64,000 bases of DNA from a virus. Lineage: Duplodnaviria; Heunggongvirae; Uroviricota; Caudoviricetes. Below the pieces are notes generated by a model, which ran no database searches, had not been told where the DNA came from, and saw nothing but the letters and a program-made list of their open reading frames with translations. How positions within the stretch are numbered: position 1 is the first letter of the stretch; each line of letters begins with the position of its first letter. The stretch is taken from the IMG/VR virus record IMGVR_UViG_3300046000_008568, positions 30,501-94,500 of that record, one strand, 5' to 3'. The translations under genes were made by a program, and so were the position numbers. Positions 29,767 to 40,539 of the stretch are shown here, one piece after another.

Positions 29767-31041
29767 ATGTTTTATATTATCGAGAAGGAATCTCAATTAC
29801 CGTTTTTACCGCCTTTTGATAAATGTTTTGTTCATGTAATATCGAACAATTACAATTATCACCCTGCTATATCTGAAGTATCATTAGTTTATGTTAAACC
29901 ATTTGATGATAAAGGATATATATTCTGTATTAAACATAACGAATCACTAAGTCTAAAATGGCAACCACTTAAAAAATTCCTGTCTGAAAAGGAATTATAT
30001 GCTATTGATGCAAAACACACTAAATATTTTTTAAGTGGTAAAATAAACGATATAACATTAAACAGTATTGCTAAAGGCGCTAAATTAGAGCTAAGCAAAT
30101 GTGAACCTGAAATTATGTTTGATTTTTATCGTAACCACGGTTCAATAAAGAATGTTAATGAATTAATTCCAATTTCTAAACATTATGAATATTGCGAATT
30201 ACTTTACGAGTTAGTAAAACCATATATTGATAAAAATACTGATTATACAAATAAACAAATTGATGTGTTCTTTAAAATTGAAAAAGAAGGCATTAAATTA
30301 GATCGCGAATGCTTTATTAAATACCATGAAAACCATCCTACGCCGCATTTTTCAATCAAACAAGGACGAGCTTATACTAATTATAATTTATATACTCTTA
30401 CTGGTCGCCCTTCTAATTCCTTCAATAATATAAATTATGCTGCTCTAAATAAAGAAAACGGGGAGAGAGAATGCTTTGTTCCTGGCAATGACTTATTTAT
30501 GGAGTTTGATTTTAATGGTTATCACCCTCGTTTATTAGGTGATATAGTAGGATACAAATTTGATTACGATACTAGTGTATATGTTCAAATTGCCCAAATA
30601 TTAAACGAATCCGATATATCTAAAGTAAAAGAAATTACATTTCAAAATTTATACGGAGGGATACGAAAAGAATTTAAAAACAAGCCATTCTTCAAGGAAG
30701 TAGACATGTTTACAGATAGTTTATGGGATGAAATCCAATATGGTGGTTCATTTAAAACACCATCAGGTAAAATATTTCATTTAAAAGATATTGAAAACCC
30801 AACACCACAAAAAATACTTAACTACTATATCCAGAATTTCGAAACATCGCAAAACGTAGAACAACTACATGCATTATTTGGCGAGTTTAGGCCGTTAAAA
30901 TCGCGTATAGTGCTCTATACATATGACTCCGTGCTTATAGATGTATCGCGCGAAGAAACGCAGAAAATTGGGGAGATCCTAGCTAAATTAAAATACCCAA
31001 CACGAGTAAAAACAGGAACACACTATAATAATTTAAAATAG
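29767..31041 (+). CDS. Compact family-A DNA polymerase
   Basis: TLTGRPS; motif A EFDFNGYHPR; motif B KEITFQNLYG; motif C YTYDSV. Confidence 0.75.
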   Translation: MFYIIEKESQLPFLPPFDKCFVHVISNNYNYHPAISEVSLVYVKPFDDKGYIFCIKHNESLSLKWQPLKKFLSEKELYAIDAKHTKYFLSGKINDITLNSIAKGAKLELSKCEPEIMFDFYRNHGSIKNVNELIPISKHYEYCELLYELVKPYIDKNTDYTNKQIDVFFKIEKEGIKLDRECFIKYHENHPTPHFSIKQGRAYTNYNLYTLTGRPSNSFNNINYAALNKENGERECFVPGNDLFMEFDFNGYHPRLLGDIVGYKFDYDTSVYVQIAQILNESDISKVKEITFQNLYGGIRKEFKNKPFFKEVDMFTDSLWDEIQYGGSFKTPSGKIFHLKDIENPTPQKILNYYIQNFETSQNVEQLHALFGEFRPLKSRIVLYTYDSVLIDVSREETQKIGEILAKLKYPTRVKTGTHYNNLK

Positions 31042-31055
31042 AAAAACAAACGGTT

Positions 31056-31511
31056 ATGACCCAAGAACACATATTTATGGCCAGTTATGAATTTAACGAC
31101 ATTGTTATTGATGACATGGTAGGAAATAAATTATTTTGCACCTTTATTGCTCAAGATAGATTAGATGAAGTGCTAGGTGCCCTTACAAATCGCTATTCTA
31201 TTTTATATAATAAAATATTCGTTTTATCCTCTCCGGATACTAACGAGTTGATTTTAACATATAACATTGATGTTATGAATACTACATCGAAAAATGCACT
31301 ACCTAGCACAATATTACTACATAGAAAAAAAGAATCTAATACTTTATACACAATTAATGCATTAAACGCTTTAATTCGTGAACTAAATCAAGGTGTACTT
31401 GATACTAACTACAAAGTAAACTGGCCTGACCACCGTAATGTTATATTACTTACTCAAGAAGGCGGCTTAAGAAAAGTACATACAAAAATCCACACTATTG
31501 TTGAAGTCTAA
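31056..31511 (+). CDS. Conserved phage hypothetical protein
   Basis: NKLFCTF...LLHRKKESNTLYTINALN; start may be downstream. Confidence 0.6.
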   Translation: MTQEHIFMASYEFNDIVIDDMVGNKLFCTFIAQDRLDEVLGALTNRYSILYNKIFVLSSPDTNELILTYNIDVMNTTSKNALPSTILLHRKKESNTLYTINALNALIRELNQGVLDTNYKVNWPDHRNVILLTQEGGLRKVHTKIHTIVEV

Positions 31512-31543
31512 TTTGGCTTCCTAATTTTCCTTTCGTACATTTA
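31512..31543 (+). promoter_or_regulatory. Bacteroidota-type promoter (TTTG-N20-TACATTTA)
   Basis: Exact 20-nt spacer. Confidence 0.7.
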
Positions 31544-31576
31544 TCTTACTTATAATTATTAAAATTAAAAAATGTT

Positions 31577-32389
31577 ATGGATTTATCTTTAATCAAATCA
31601 AAATTGGACTCTTTCCAAAGCAAAGGGCAAACCAAAGACAAAATTGACTATTCCAAAATTTTTTGGAAACCGAAAGTGGGAAAACACCAAGTTCGTATTA
31701 TTCCGTCAAAATTTAACAAGTCAACACCATTCCGTGAAGTTTATTTTCACTATGGTTACACTAAAGGACCTATTTTGGCCTTAACAAATTGGGGTGAAGC
31801 TGACCCAATCTTAGAAGCAGCACAAAAACTTCGTAAATCTGACAATCCGGATCATTGGCAAATGGCTAAAAAGATTACTCCTAAAATGAGAGTATTCGCA
31901 CCTGTTATTGTTCGTGGTGAAGAAGCATCAGGAGTTCGTTTATGGGAATTTGGTAAAGAAATTTACACCCAATTAATGAATATTGCAATGAACGAAGATT
32001 ATGGTGATTTTACGGACATTCAAGATGGACGTGATTTTATTGTTGAAGGAGTTGATGATACTGTAGCAGGTCGTAAAGTAGTTAAATGTCTTCTTACACC
32101 AAGAGTAAAAACTACACCTATTACAGATGATGCTGAAGCATTACAACTGTATTTAGACGAACAACCAGATATCTTTGCAATTAATAGAAAACATACCTAT
32201 GAAAGCTTAAATGAAATCTTCCAAAAATGGGCTAATCCTGAAGAAGATGATACTGACGAACCTATTGTTGCTAAAGAAGAAGAAGGTCTTAATGATATGC
32301 CTTGGGATGCTAAAGCAGAAACACCAGCGCCTAATTATACTTTAAGCACAAAACAACCAAAAGCAGATAAATTTAACGACTTATTTTAA
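31577..32389 (+). CDS. Single-stranded DNA-binding protein (gp32-like)
   Basis: FWKPK.G..QVRIIP, WEFGK, DFTDIQDGRD; acidic C-tail ending DLF. Confidence 0.75.
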   Translation: MDLSLIKSKLDSFQSKGQTKDKIDYSKIFWKPKVGKHQVRIIPSKFNKSTPFREVYFHYGYTKGPILALTNWGEADPILEAAQKLRKSDNPDHWQMAKKITPKMRVFAPVIVRGEEASGVRLWEFGKEIYTQLMNIAMNEDYGDFTDIQDGRDFIVEGVDDTVAGRKVVKCLLTPRVKTTPITDDAEALQLYLDEQPDIFAINRKHTYESLNEIFQKWANPEEDDTDEPIVAKEEEGLNDMPWDAKAETPAPNYTLSTKQPKADKFNDLF

Positions 32390-32391
32390 TC

Positions 32392-33492
32392 ATGGCTAAA
32401 AGAACCTTAAACGATATGGCTTCGGCCGCTATAAAATCGTCTCCTGGTAAGCCATTTGATTTAGATAGTTTTAAAAAATCAAAATTCCTATCGGAGTCAT
32501 CTAAGTTTAAAAAACAACGATGGATCCCATTTTCCCCAGCTGTACAAGATGCACTCTCTATTCCAGGAATACCCATGGGCCATGTAACAATTGCTCGTGG
32601 GGGTTCCGATACAGGGAAAACTACATTATTGATTGAGGCCGCAGTGTCCGCTCAACAAATGGAGGTATTACCTGTATTTATTATTACTGAGATGAAATGG
32701 GATTTTGCTCACGCTAAGAAAATGGGACTAGAAGTAGAAGCTATTCCTGACGGAATTACAGGTGATACTATGGATTATAAAGGATTTTTCCTATATGTTG
32801 ATAGATCATCGTTAAATACTATTGAAGATGTATCTGCATTTATTGCTGATATATTGGACGAACAAAAGAAAGGTAAATTACCTTATGATTTATTATTCTT
32901 ATGGGATTCAGTTGGATCTATTCCGTGTGATATGAGTGTTAAACAAGGAAATAATAATCCTATGTGGAATGCTGGTGCTATGGCTACTCAATTTGGTAAT
33001 TTTATCAACCAACAATTTCCATTATCACGTAAAGAAAAATATCCTTACACAAATACATTATTTGTAATCAATAAAACAGGAGTACAACCGGCTTTAACCC
33101 CGATGTCACAACCTAGAATGACAAATAAAGGTGGAAACGCAATGTATTGGGATGCTTCAATTGTAATTACATTTGGAAATGTAACCAATAGTGGTACTTC
33201 TAAAATTAATGTACAGCATAAAGGTAAAAAAGTTGAATTCGCTAAACGTACTAAAATAGCAATTGATAAAATTCATGCTGATTGTGGCATAGCAACATCT
33301 TCAACTATAATCGTAACACCTCATGGATTTATACCAGATGATAATGATGCCGTAAAAGATTATAAAAAAACATATGCTTACGAGTGGTTTACAGAAGGAA
33401 CAAATGTAGAAGAACTACAAATTGTTGAAGACGCTAGTGAATGGGATGAAAGTAGAAGTATATCTCCTATGATTGAAATAGATGATAACTAA
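32392..33492 (+). CDS. RecA/UvsX-like recombinase
   Basis: Walker A GGSDTGKT; Walker B FLWDSVGS; KGG.AMY. Confidence 0.8.
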   Translation: MAKRTLNDMASAAIKSSPGKPFDLDSFKKSKFLSESSKFKKQRWIPFSPAVQDALSIPGIPMGHVTIARGGSDTGKTTLLIEAAVSAQQMEVLPVFIITEMKWDFAHAKKMGLEVEAIPDGITGDTMDYKGFFLYVDRSSLNTIEDVSAFIADILDEQKKGKLPYDLLFLWDSVGSIPCDMSVKQGNNNPMWNAGAMATQFGNFINQQFPLSRKEKYPYTNTLFVINKTGVQPALTPMSQPRMTNKGGNAMYWDASIVITFGNVTNSGTSKINVQHKGKKVEFAKRTKIAIDKIHADCGIATSSTIIVTPHGFIPDDNDAVKDYKKTYAYEWFTEGTNVEELQIVEDASEWDESRSISPMIEIDDN

Positions 33493-34520
33493 TGTTTGAT
33501 AAAAAATTTCTAAGTCAACTCATAAGTACATTAGGAGAAGACAAACCAACTAGAAACAGCAGAATACTTGTTGTAGATTCCATGAATACTTTTATGAGAA
33601 ACTTCTCAACAATAAATGCAATTAACCCAGCAGGCCACCATATAGGTGGTCTGGTTGGTTATCTACGAAGTGTTGGTTACGCTATTAAAACATTCCGTCC
33701 TACTCGTGTAATACTTGTGTTTGATGGTACTGGTAGTACGCAAAATAAAAAGAATTTATACCCTGATTATAAAGGAAATAGAAATATTACCCGCATTATG
33801 AATTGGGATGTATTTGATGACAAAGAAGAAGAAAGTGATGCAATGTCTGGGCAAATGTCCCGTTTAATTCATTATTTAAAACAACTTCCTGTTAGTTTAA
33901 TATCAATTGATAAGATTGAAGCAGATGATAGTATTGGACTTATAGCAAAACATTATGAAAATGATGAAACATGCAATGAAGTTACCATTATGTCGGCTGA
34001 TCAAGATTTTTATCAATTAATTAGTGAAAAAGTACATGTGTATTCACCAACTAAACGCAAAACATACAAAGTTGATGACGTTGTAGCCGAATTTAATGTA
34101 CACCCAAATAACTTTCTATTATACAAGGCATTATTAGGTGACAATTCAGATAATCTACCAGGAATACGAGGATTAGGACCTAAAAAAATCCTTAAAATGT
34201 TTGATTTGTCTGGAGAAAGCGAATTAGATTTAAACGATATCTATGAGATAAGTGAAGATAATCAAGGAGCTAAAAATATGCATGGTGCTGTATTAGAATC
34301 TAAACAACAGTTGAGTATTAACTACCAATTAATGAATATTCGCACACCTAATATATCAGATGAAAGCAAAGAAGATATAATTAATTCATTAAATGAAGAA
34401 ATCACTCCATTAAATGTTGGAGGATTTGTAATGCTTTACGAAGCAGATGGTTTGCGAAATTCTATTGGAAATACGCATACTTGGCTTGCCGAAACCTTTG
34501 GATCCCTCATCCTAAGGTAG
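33492..34520 (+). CDS. 5'-3' exonuclease / flap endonuclease (T4 RNase H / Pol I N-domain-like)
   Basis: LVVDSMN, YPDYKGNR, EADDSIG, SADQDFYQL, LLGDNSDNLPGIRGLGPK. Confidence 0.9.
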   Translation: MFDKKFLSQLISTLGEDKPTRNSRILVVDSMNTFMRNFSTINAINPAGHHIGGLVGYLRSVGYAIKTFRPTRVILVFDGTGSTQNKKNLYPDYKGNRNITRIMNWDVFDDKEEESDAMSGQMSRLIHYLKQLPVSLISIDKIEADDSIGLIAKHYENDETCNEVTIMSADQDFYQLISEKVHVYSPTKRKTYKVDDVVAEFNVHPNNFLLYKALLGDNSDNLPGIRGLGPKKILKMFDLSGESELDLNDIYEISEDNQGAKNMHGAVLESKQQLSINYQLMNIRTPNISDESKEDIINSLNEEITPLNVGGFVMLYEADGLRNSIGNTHTWLAETFGSLILR

Positions 34521-34528
34521 TATATTTA
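34497..34528 (+). promoter_or_regulatory. Bacteroidota-type promoter (TTTG-N20-TATATTTA)
   Basis: Exact 20-nt spacer. Confidence 0.65.
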
Positions 34529-34551
34529 ACAAAATAAAATAAATAAAAGTT

Positions 34552-35925
34552 ATGACAACATTGAGTAAATTATCTCAGTACGGACCTACTTTCCAAACAA
34601 AAGTAATTGGTGCTTTATTAACAGATCGAGATTTCCTTATTACAATTTCCGAATCATTAAGTGATGATTATTTTGAAAATACATCTCATCAATGGGTTAT
34701 AAAAGAAATCTTAAAATACTTTAGTAAGTATCATACTGTTCCCTCAATGGAAGCTCTTAAGGTTGAAGTTCAAAAAATAGAAAACGATGTACTAAAAATC
34801 GCTATTAAAGAACAATTAGTCCAAGCTTACAGAGAATCAGAACAAACAGATGTCCAATATGTTAAAGACGAATTTTTAGGTTTCTGTCGAAATCAACAAA
34901 TGAAAAAAGCTATTATTGCTTCTACTGATTTGTTGAGTATTAATGACTTCGATTCTATTAGACAATTAATTCTTAATGCACTTAAAGTAGGTGAAATAAG
35001 ATCTATTGGTCACGAATATGAAAAAGATATTGAAACTAGATATCGTGATGATAATAGATCACCAATTCCATTTCCTTGGGCTGTTATGAACAATATTACA
35101 CAAGGTGGTTATGGTAAAGGTGAATTAGTTATTATATTCGGTAATCCGGGTGGTGGTAAATCATGGGCTATTATTGATATGGCTACACATGCTGCTAAAT
35201 TAGGATTTAATGTATTGTATTATACTTTAGAATTAAGTGAAACTTATGTAGCAAGACGTATGGATGCTAATTTATTAAGTATTCCTGTAGACCAAATTAC
35301 AATGCATCGTGAAGAAGTAGAGAAAATGGCTAATGAAATACCTGGTAAAATCAAAATCAAAGAATTCCCAGCAGGTAAAACTACATTAGATAATATTGAA
35401 CAACACATTGAACAACTTAGAACTCAATATGAATTTGTTCCTGATGTAATTTACATTGATTATATTGACTTACTTAAAAATTCATCACGAGACAGATTAG
35501 AGGGTACTGAAGATATATACACCAGTATTCGAGGATTAGCTACTGAATTAGGTTTACCTATTGTAACACCATCACAAGCAAATAGAACAGGTGCTAAAAG
35601 TGATATTATTGAAGGAGATAACATAGCAGGGTCATATTCTAAATTAATGATTGGTGATATTGTATTATCTTTAGCTAGAAATAGAAAAGATAAATTAGAA
35701 GGTATTGGACGTTGGCATGTTATGAAAAATAGATTAGGTGGTGATGGTATGACATTTGCGTCAACTATAGATACATCAATGGGTAAAATTGAAATATTTG
35801 AAGATTTTCTTGAAATAGAAACCCCTGCTTTTAATAGTAAAGTCGGCGATTACAACGCAGTAGATAAAGATGAAAAAGATTTTTTAAGAAACTTCATCCT
35901 TAATACAGATCAAGCCCCATTTTAA
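34552..35925 (+). CDS. Replicative DNA helicase (DnaB/gp41-like)
   Basis: Walker A GNPGGGKS; YTLELSE; YIDYIDLL; SQANR; KNRLG. Confidence 0.9.
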   Translation: MTTLSKLSQYGPTFQTKVIGALLTDRDFLITISESLSDDYFENTSHQWVIKEILKYFSKYHTVPSMEALKVEVQKIENDVLKIAIKEQLVQAYRESEQTDVQYVKDEFLGFCRNQQMKKAIIASTDLLSINDFDSIRQLILNALKVGEIRSIGHEYEKDIETRYRDDNRSPIPFPWAVMNNITQGGYGKGELVIIFGNPGGGKSWAIIDMATHAAKLGFNVLYYTLELSETYVARRMDANLLSIPVDQITMHREEVEKMANEIPGKIKIKEFPAGKTTLDNIEQHIEQLRTQYEFVPDVIYIDYIDLLKNSSRDRLEGTEDIYTSIRGLATELGLPIVTPSQANRTGAKSDIIEGDNIAGSYSKLMIGDIVLSLARNRKDKLEGIGRWHVMKNRLGGDGMTFASTIDTSMGKIEIFEDFLEIETPAFNSKVGDYNAVDKDEKDFLRNFILNTDQAPF

Positions 35926-35962
35926 TGTATTTATAATCCCGATTTAAAATTTAAAAACGTAT

Positions 35963-36943
35963 ATGAGAAATATTACCCAAGAGCGAGTAGTTTATAAGCC
36001 CTTTGAATACCCAGAAGCATTTGATTTTTGGATGAAACAACAACAAGCTCATTGGTTACATACGGAAGTCCCTATGATGTCTGATGTAAATGATTGGAAA
36101 CAAAATTTAAGTGAATCCGAAAAAAATGTTATAGGTTCTATACTAAAAGGATTTGCCCAAACAGAAACAGTAGTAAACGATTATTGGTCTACATTAGTTA
36201 CTAAATGGTTTAGAAAACCTGAAGTTATAGCAATGGCTGTGTGTTTTGCAAATATGGAAACAGTTCACGCTGAAGCTTATTCATTATTGAACGAAGAATT
36301 AGGATTAGATAATTTTTCTGAATTTTTAGAAGATGAATCAACAATGGCTAAAATTCAAGCATTAATGAATGTAAGAGATAAAATCGAAGATGAACCAGAT
36401 TGGAGCGAACGAGCCAAATCGCTAGCCATATTCTCAGCATTTACTGAAGGTGTTAATTTATTTTCATCATTTGCTATTCTTCTTTCATTTAAACTAAGAA
36501 ATTTATTAAAAGGTGTAGGACAAATTGTTGAATGGTCAATTCGAGACGAATCTTTGCATTCGGAAGCAGGATGTTGGTTATTTAGACAATTATTAATTGA
36601 AAAACCTGAATTAAATACTCCCGAATTAAAAGAAGCTATTAAACAAGCTGCTTTATTATCATTAAAACTTGAATTAGACTTTATTGATAAAGTTTATGAA
36701 ATGGGTGATTTAGATGGTTGCTCAAAATACGATTTAGTTAGCTTTATTAAATATAGAGTTAATACAAAAATGCAAGATTTAGGTTATGAACCCGTTGTCA
36801 ATGGAATTGATGATGCTTCAATTAAGAGAATGAAATGGTTTGACAGCTTATCAGCAGGAAAACAACATACAGATTTCTTCGCTAACCGAGTAACTAATTA
36901 TTCAAAAGGAGTCCAAAACTGGGACGCAAACGATTTATTTTAA
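35963..36943 (+). CDS. nrdB: Class I ribonucleotide reductase beta subunit
   Basis: ETVHAEAYS, EGVNLFSSF, RDESLH, DFFANRVTNY. Confidence 0.93.
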   Translation: MRNITQERVVYKPFEYPEAFDFWMKQQQAHWLHTEVPMMSDVNDWKQNLSESEKNVIGSILKGFAQTETVVNDYWSTLVTKWFRKPEVIAMAVCFANMETVHAEAYSLLNEELGLDNFSEFLEDESTMAKIQALMNVRDKIEDEPDWSERAKSLAIFSAFTEGVNLFSSFAILLSFKLRNLLKGVGQIVEWSIRDESLHSEAGCWLFRQLLIEKPELNTPELKEAIKQAALLSLKLELDFIDKVYEMGDLDGCSKYDLVSFIKYRVNTKMQDLGYEPVVNGIDDASIKRMKWFDSLSAGKQHTDFFANRVTNYSKGVQNWDANDLF

Positions 36944-36949
36944 TTTTAT

Positions 36950-38662
36950 ATGGACAATAATTTAACTATCGACTACACACAGTGGGAGAGGGGTAAAGAC
37001 TACCCTGAGTATTTCGACGAAATCTCATTAGCTACAATTTCAAAAGGGTACTTGCTACCTGGAGAAACACCTAAGAAGGCTTATCGAAGAGTAGCTGTAG
37101 CGGCTTCAACTAGATTAAATAGACCTGATTTAGAAAATAAATTCTTTAAAATCCTTTGGAATGGATGGTTAGGACTTGCTTCTCCTGTATTATCAAATAT
37201 GGGTACTAGTAGAGGATTACCAATCTCATGCTTTGGAATCGACACTCCAGATTCAATTAGAGGTATTGGTTTAACTAATGCCGAATTAATGAAGCTAACC
37301 TCAGTAGGAGGTGGAGTTGGTATTAGTTTATCTAGAATTAGAGGTAGAGGAACTGAAATTAAAGGGAATGGTAAATCGGAAGGTGTAGTGCCGTGGGCTA
37401 AAATTTACGATTCAACTATTATCGCTACAAATCAAGGATCTGTACGTAGAGGTGCTGCTTCTGTTAATTTAGATATTAATCACTTTGATATTGATGAATT
37501 TTTAGAAATTCGTCGTGCTAAAGGTGATCCTAACAGACAGTGTTTAAATTTACATCAGTGTGTTGTTATAGATGATATTTTTATGAGAAAATTAGAAGCA
37601 AGAGACCAAGTAGCTATGGAGCGTTGGACTAAAATTCTAAAAGCAAGAATGGAAACGGGTGAACCTTACATCATGTTTAAAGACAATGTAAATAAACAAA
37701 ACCCAATTTCATATTTAATGAATAATCTTGATGTATCTATGACAAACATATGCACTGAGATTACTTTACATACTGATGAAGAACATTCATTTATATGTTG
37801 TTTATCTTCATTAAATTTAGCAAAATACGATGAGTGGAAAGACACAGATACTGTTCAACTATCTATTTACTTTTTAGATGGCGTGATGCAAGAGTTTATT
37901 GAAAAAACAAGTGGTAAAGAAAGTATGGTTAGAACTAATAACCATGCTAAAAAAGGTAGAGCATTAGGTTTAGGAGTAATGGGGTGGCATACGTTTCTAC
38001 AACAAAAACAAGTACCTTTCAACTCAATAGCGTCCACAGCATATACTCATAATGTATTTAGTAAAATTAAAGTTGAAGCTGAAGCTGCATCAAGACAATT
38101 AGCAGTAGAATACGGAGAGCCAGTATGGTGTCGTGGAACTGGTATGCGTAATACGCATTTACTTGCGATAGCTCCGACAGTCTCTAATAGTGTCATAACA
38201 GGCGGCATCTCTGCAGGAATTGAGCCGTTACCCGCAAATATTTACACATTTAACGGTGCTAAAGGTACATTTATTCGTAAAAATAAAGTATTAGAAGTTA
38301 TGTTAGATACTAAAGGCGAAAACAAAGATAAATGGTGGGATCAAATGCTAAGAGATAACGGCTCTGTATTAAATCTACCAGATACTGTATTAACTCCAGA
38401 TGAAAAAGAATTATTTTTAACATTCCCCGAGATTAATCAGCTAGAATTAGTTAGACAAGCCGCAATTAGACAAAGATATATAGATCAAACGCAATCTTTA
38501 AATTTATCGTTTGATCCTCAAGATTCTCCTAAATGGATTAATCAAGTTCACATAGAAGCTTGGAAATTGGGAATAAAAACATTATATTATTTAAGAACAG
38601 ATTCAGTAATTAAAGGTGATTTAGGATCACGCCAAGCAGATTGTGTATCTTGCGACGGATAA
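36950..38662 (+). CDS. nrdA: Class I ribonucleotide reductase alpha subunit (no ATP cone)
   Basis: LPISCF, TNICTEI, CCLSSLNL, AIAPT, KTLYYLR, C-terminal CVSC. Confidence 0.93.
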   Translation: MDNNLTIDYTQWERGKDYPEYFDEISLATISKGYLLPGETPKKAYRRVAVAASTRLNRPDLENKFFKILWNGWLGLASPVLSNMGTSRGLPISCFGIDTPDSIRGIGLTNAELMKLTSVGGGVGISLSRIRGRGTEIKGNGKSEGVVPWAKIYDSTIIATNQGSVRRGAASVNLDINHFDIDEFLEIRRAKGDPNRQCLNLHQCVVIDDIFMRKLEARDQVAMERWTKILKARMETGEPYIMFKDNVNKQNPISYLMNNLDVSMTNICTEITLHTDEEHSFICCLSSLNLAKYDEWKDTDTVQLSIYFLDGVMQEFIEKTSGKESMVRTNNHAKKGRALGLGVMGWHTFLQQKQVPFNSIASTAYTHNVFSKIKVEAEAASRQLAVEYGEPVWCRGTGMRNTHLLAIAPTVSNSVITGGISAGIEPLPANIYTFNGAKGTFIRKNKVLEVMLDTKGENKDKWWDQMLRDNGSVLNLPDTVLTPDEKELFLTFPEINQLELVRQAAIRQRYIDQTQSLNLSFDPQDSPKWINQVHIEAWKLGIKTLYYLRTDSVIKGDLGSRQADCVSCDG

Positions 38663-38674
38663 AAATAAGTTATT

Positions 38675-38830
38675 ATGGAAGAAATAGATGAATATCTTAA
38701 AACGGTTGAAAGCGAATTAAATGAAATTCAAGCTAAAGTAGAAGCGAACCCTGAAGTAGCTTCTCAATATGAATCTCGCTTAATTGAATTATTTGAAGAA
38801 TTAGTATCTCAATTAACAAAAATAGAATAA
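38675..38830 (+). CDS. Small acidic protein (51 aa; below ORF-track cutoff)
   Basis: MEEIDEYLKTVESELNEIQAKVEANPEVASQYESRLIELFEELVSQLTKIE fills the nrdA-queD gap. Confidence 0.55.
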   Translation: MEEIDEYLKTVESELNEIQAKVEANPEVASQYESRLIELFEELVSQLTKIE

Positions 38831-38834
38831 AGTT

Positions 38835-39296
38835 ATGAAATTTCAATCAACAAAAGTCTTTGATGGTTACTCAACAGTATTTCGTCAATGGAGAGCAGAA
38901 GGCACTCACTGTAGTTTTCTTCATGGTTATGGTATTTCTTTTAAAATTGTATTTGAAGGAGAACTTGATGAAAGAAACTGGGTGTGGGACTTTGGAGGAA
39001 TGAAAAGAGCCAAAAACACTATTGATGGTATGCCTCCTAAAGCATGGATGGACCATATGTTCGATCACACTTATATTATTGCCGAAGATGACCCATTTTT
39101 ATTAAAAGCATTAGAAATGCATGGTACAGGTATAGCACAAGTTAGAGTAGTACCAGCTACAGGAGCAGAACAATTTGCTAAATTTATCTATGATAAAACT
39201 TCTGAGTTTATTAGAATTGAAACAGATAACAGAGTACGAGTAGTAAGCGTAGAATTTAAAGAACACAGTAAAAACTCAGCAATATACACAGAATAA
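38835..39296 (+). CDS. queD: 6-carboxy-tetrahydropterin synthase
   Basis: CSFLHGY, WVWDFG, FDHT, EHSKNSA. Confidence 0.8.
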   Translation: MKFQSTKVFDGYSTVFRQWRAEGTHCSFLHGYGISFKIVFEGELDERNWVWDFGGMKRAKNTIDGMPPKAWMDHMFDHTYIIAEDDPFLLKALEMHGTGIAQVRVVPATGAEQFAKFIYDKTSEFIRIETDNRVRVVSVEFKEHSKNSAIYTE

Positions 39297-39297
39297 T

Positions 39298-39549
39298 ATG
39301 AAAAAAGTAATTAGATACACGGCAGCATGGTGTGGACCGTGTAAAGTATTTGCTCCTACATTTAATAAAGTAGCAGCAGAAACACCAGGAGTACAATTTG
39401 AAACAGTTGATGTTGATTCAGGGCACCAATCAATTATGGAGAATGGGATTAGAAATGTTCCTACTACTGTAGTAATTGAGCCAAACGGAACTATTAGAAA
39501 ACAAAGTGGAAATATGAGCGCAGAAGCCTTAAAAACATTTATTGGATAA
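39298..39549 (+). CDS. trxA: Thioredoxin
   Basis: WCGPC; cis-Pro motif NVPT. Confidence 0.92.
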   Translation: MKKVIRYTAAWCGPCKVFAPTFNKVAAETPGVQFETVDVDSGHQSIMENGIRNVPTTVVIEPNGTIRKQSGNMSAEALKTFIG

Positions 39550-40337
39550 TGAAAATATCACACGAACTACCGTTATCGTTATTCCCTTATAGTTTTGGAT
39601 GGAATGATTATGAGTATTGTTTACCTCATTTATTAGATAAACATGCCGATTATAGACAATTTTTCTTAGATTCTAGAGAAAGAGACCGTTTCATTATAAT
39701 GGATAACGGTTTGTTTGAGGGTGTAACACACACCATTGAAGATTTAAGAGAAAAAATCAAGTTAATTGAACCTGATATCTTTATTGTTCCTGATGAGTGG
39801 AATAATAAAACAATAACAGCTAAAAATGCTAAACATTGGAGGCAATACGAGCTACCTGAACGCACCAATTTAATGGTAGTAATGCAAGGTACTACAATAA
39901 GTGAAATTCATCAACTATACCACCACTGTGTTGACCTGGGTTATACTCACTTTGCATTTAATCATTCATCAGTAGTATATCATGAATTATGTCCTACCGA
40001 AAATTTAATAGCTAATCAAGCTGTTGGTAGAGTATTACTTCTAGAGAATATGAAGCATGAAAATTTAATTAAACCACACCATTATATCCATTTATTAGGA
40101 TGTTCGGTACCTCAAGAATTTACTCACTATAGGGATAATTGGACACCTGGTATAATTAATTCAGTAGATACTTCAAATCCTATTATATGTGGTGCTTTAG
40201 GTATTAGATATAACGAAATTGGTTTATTAGAAAAACCAACAAATAAAATTGAAGAATTTATGGAATCTGATTTAGAAGATAAATTAGAAGATATTAAATA
40301 TAATGTTCAACGTTTTAGAAATTTATGCAATAAATAG
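39549..40337 (+). CDS. TGT-fold transglycosylase (DpdA-like, putative 7-deazaguanine insertase)
   Basis: MDNGLFE, VPDEW, VMQG, HLLGC, SVDTS align by eye with TGT barrel motifs; lies between queD and queC. Confidence 0.6.
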   Translation: MKISHELPLSLFPYSFGWNDYEYCLPHLLDKHADYRQFFLDSRERDRFIIMDNGLFEGVTHTIEDLREKIKLIEPDIFIVPDEWNNKTITAKNAKHWRQYELPERTNLMVVMQGTTISEIHQLYHHCVDLGYTHFAFNHSSVVYHELCPTENLIANQAVGRVLLLENMKHENLIKPHHYIHLLGCSVPQEFTHYRDNWTPGIINSVDTSNPIICGALGIRYNEIGLLEKPTNKIEEFMESDLEDKLEDIKYNVQRFRNLCNK

Positions 40338-40368
40338 TTGGATTTATAAAATAAAGTTCGTATATTTA
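40337..40368 (+). promoter_or_regulatory. Bacteroidota-type promoter (GTTG-N20-TATATTTA)
   Basis: Exact 20-nt spacer. Confidence 0.65.
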
Positions 40369-40393
40369 TAAAGTAAAACAAATATAAACAGTT

Positions 40394-40537
40394 ATGAGCA
40401 AAACTTCATCAAAAAACAAGTACGAGCAACTAATGGCTTGGTTACCGACTTTAGGACAATCTAAAAAGTCCGTAGTAGAAAAATCAACTACTAAATTTTC
40501 TAAAGGAGATTATTACAAACAACAAGGAGCCAGGTAA
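40394..40537 (+). CDS. Small basic protein (47 aa)
   Basis: MSKTSSKNKYEQLMAWLPTLGQ...; GTTATG start right after a promoter. Confidence 0.5.
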   Translation: MSKTSSKNKYEQLMAWLPTLGQSKKSVVEKSTTKFSKGDYYKQQGAR

Positions 40538-40539
40538 TC

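Noticed and set aside
35963-38662. Intron, intein or homing endonuclease in RNR or polymerase genes
   Set aside because: ORFs are continuous and of normal or compact length; no intein or LAGLIDADG/HNH motifs seen
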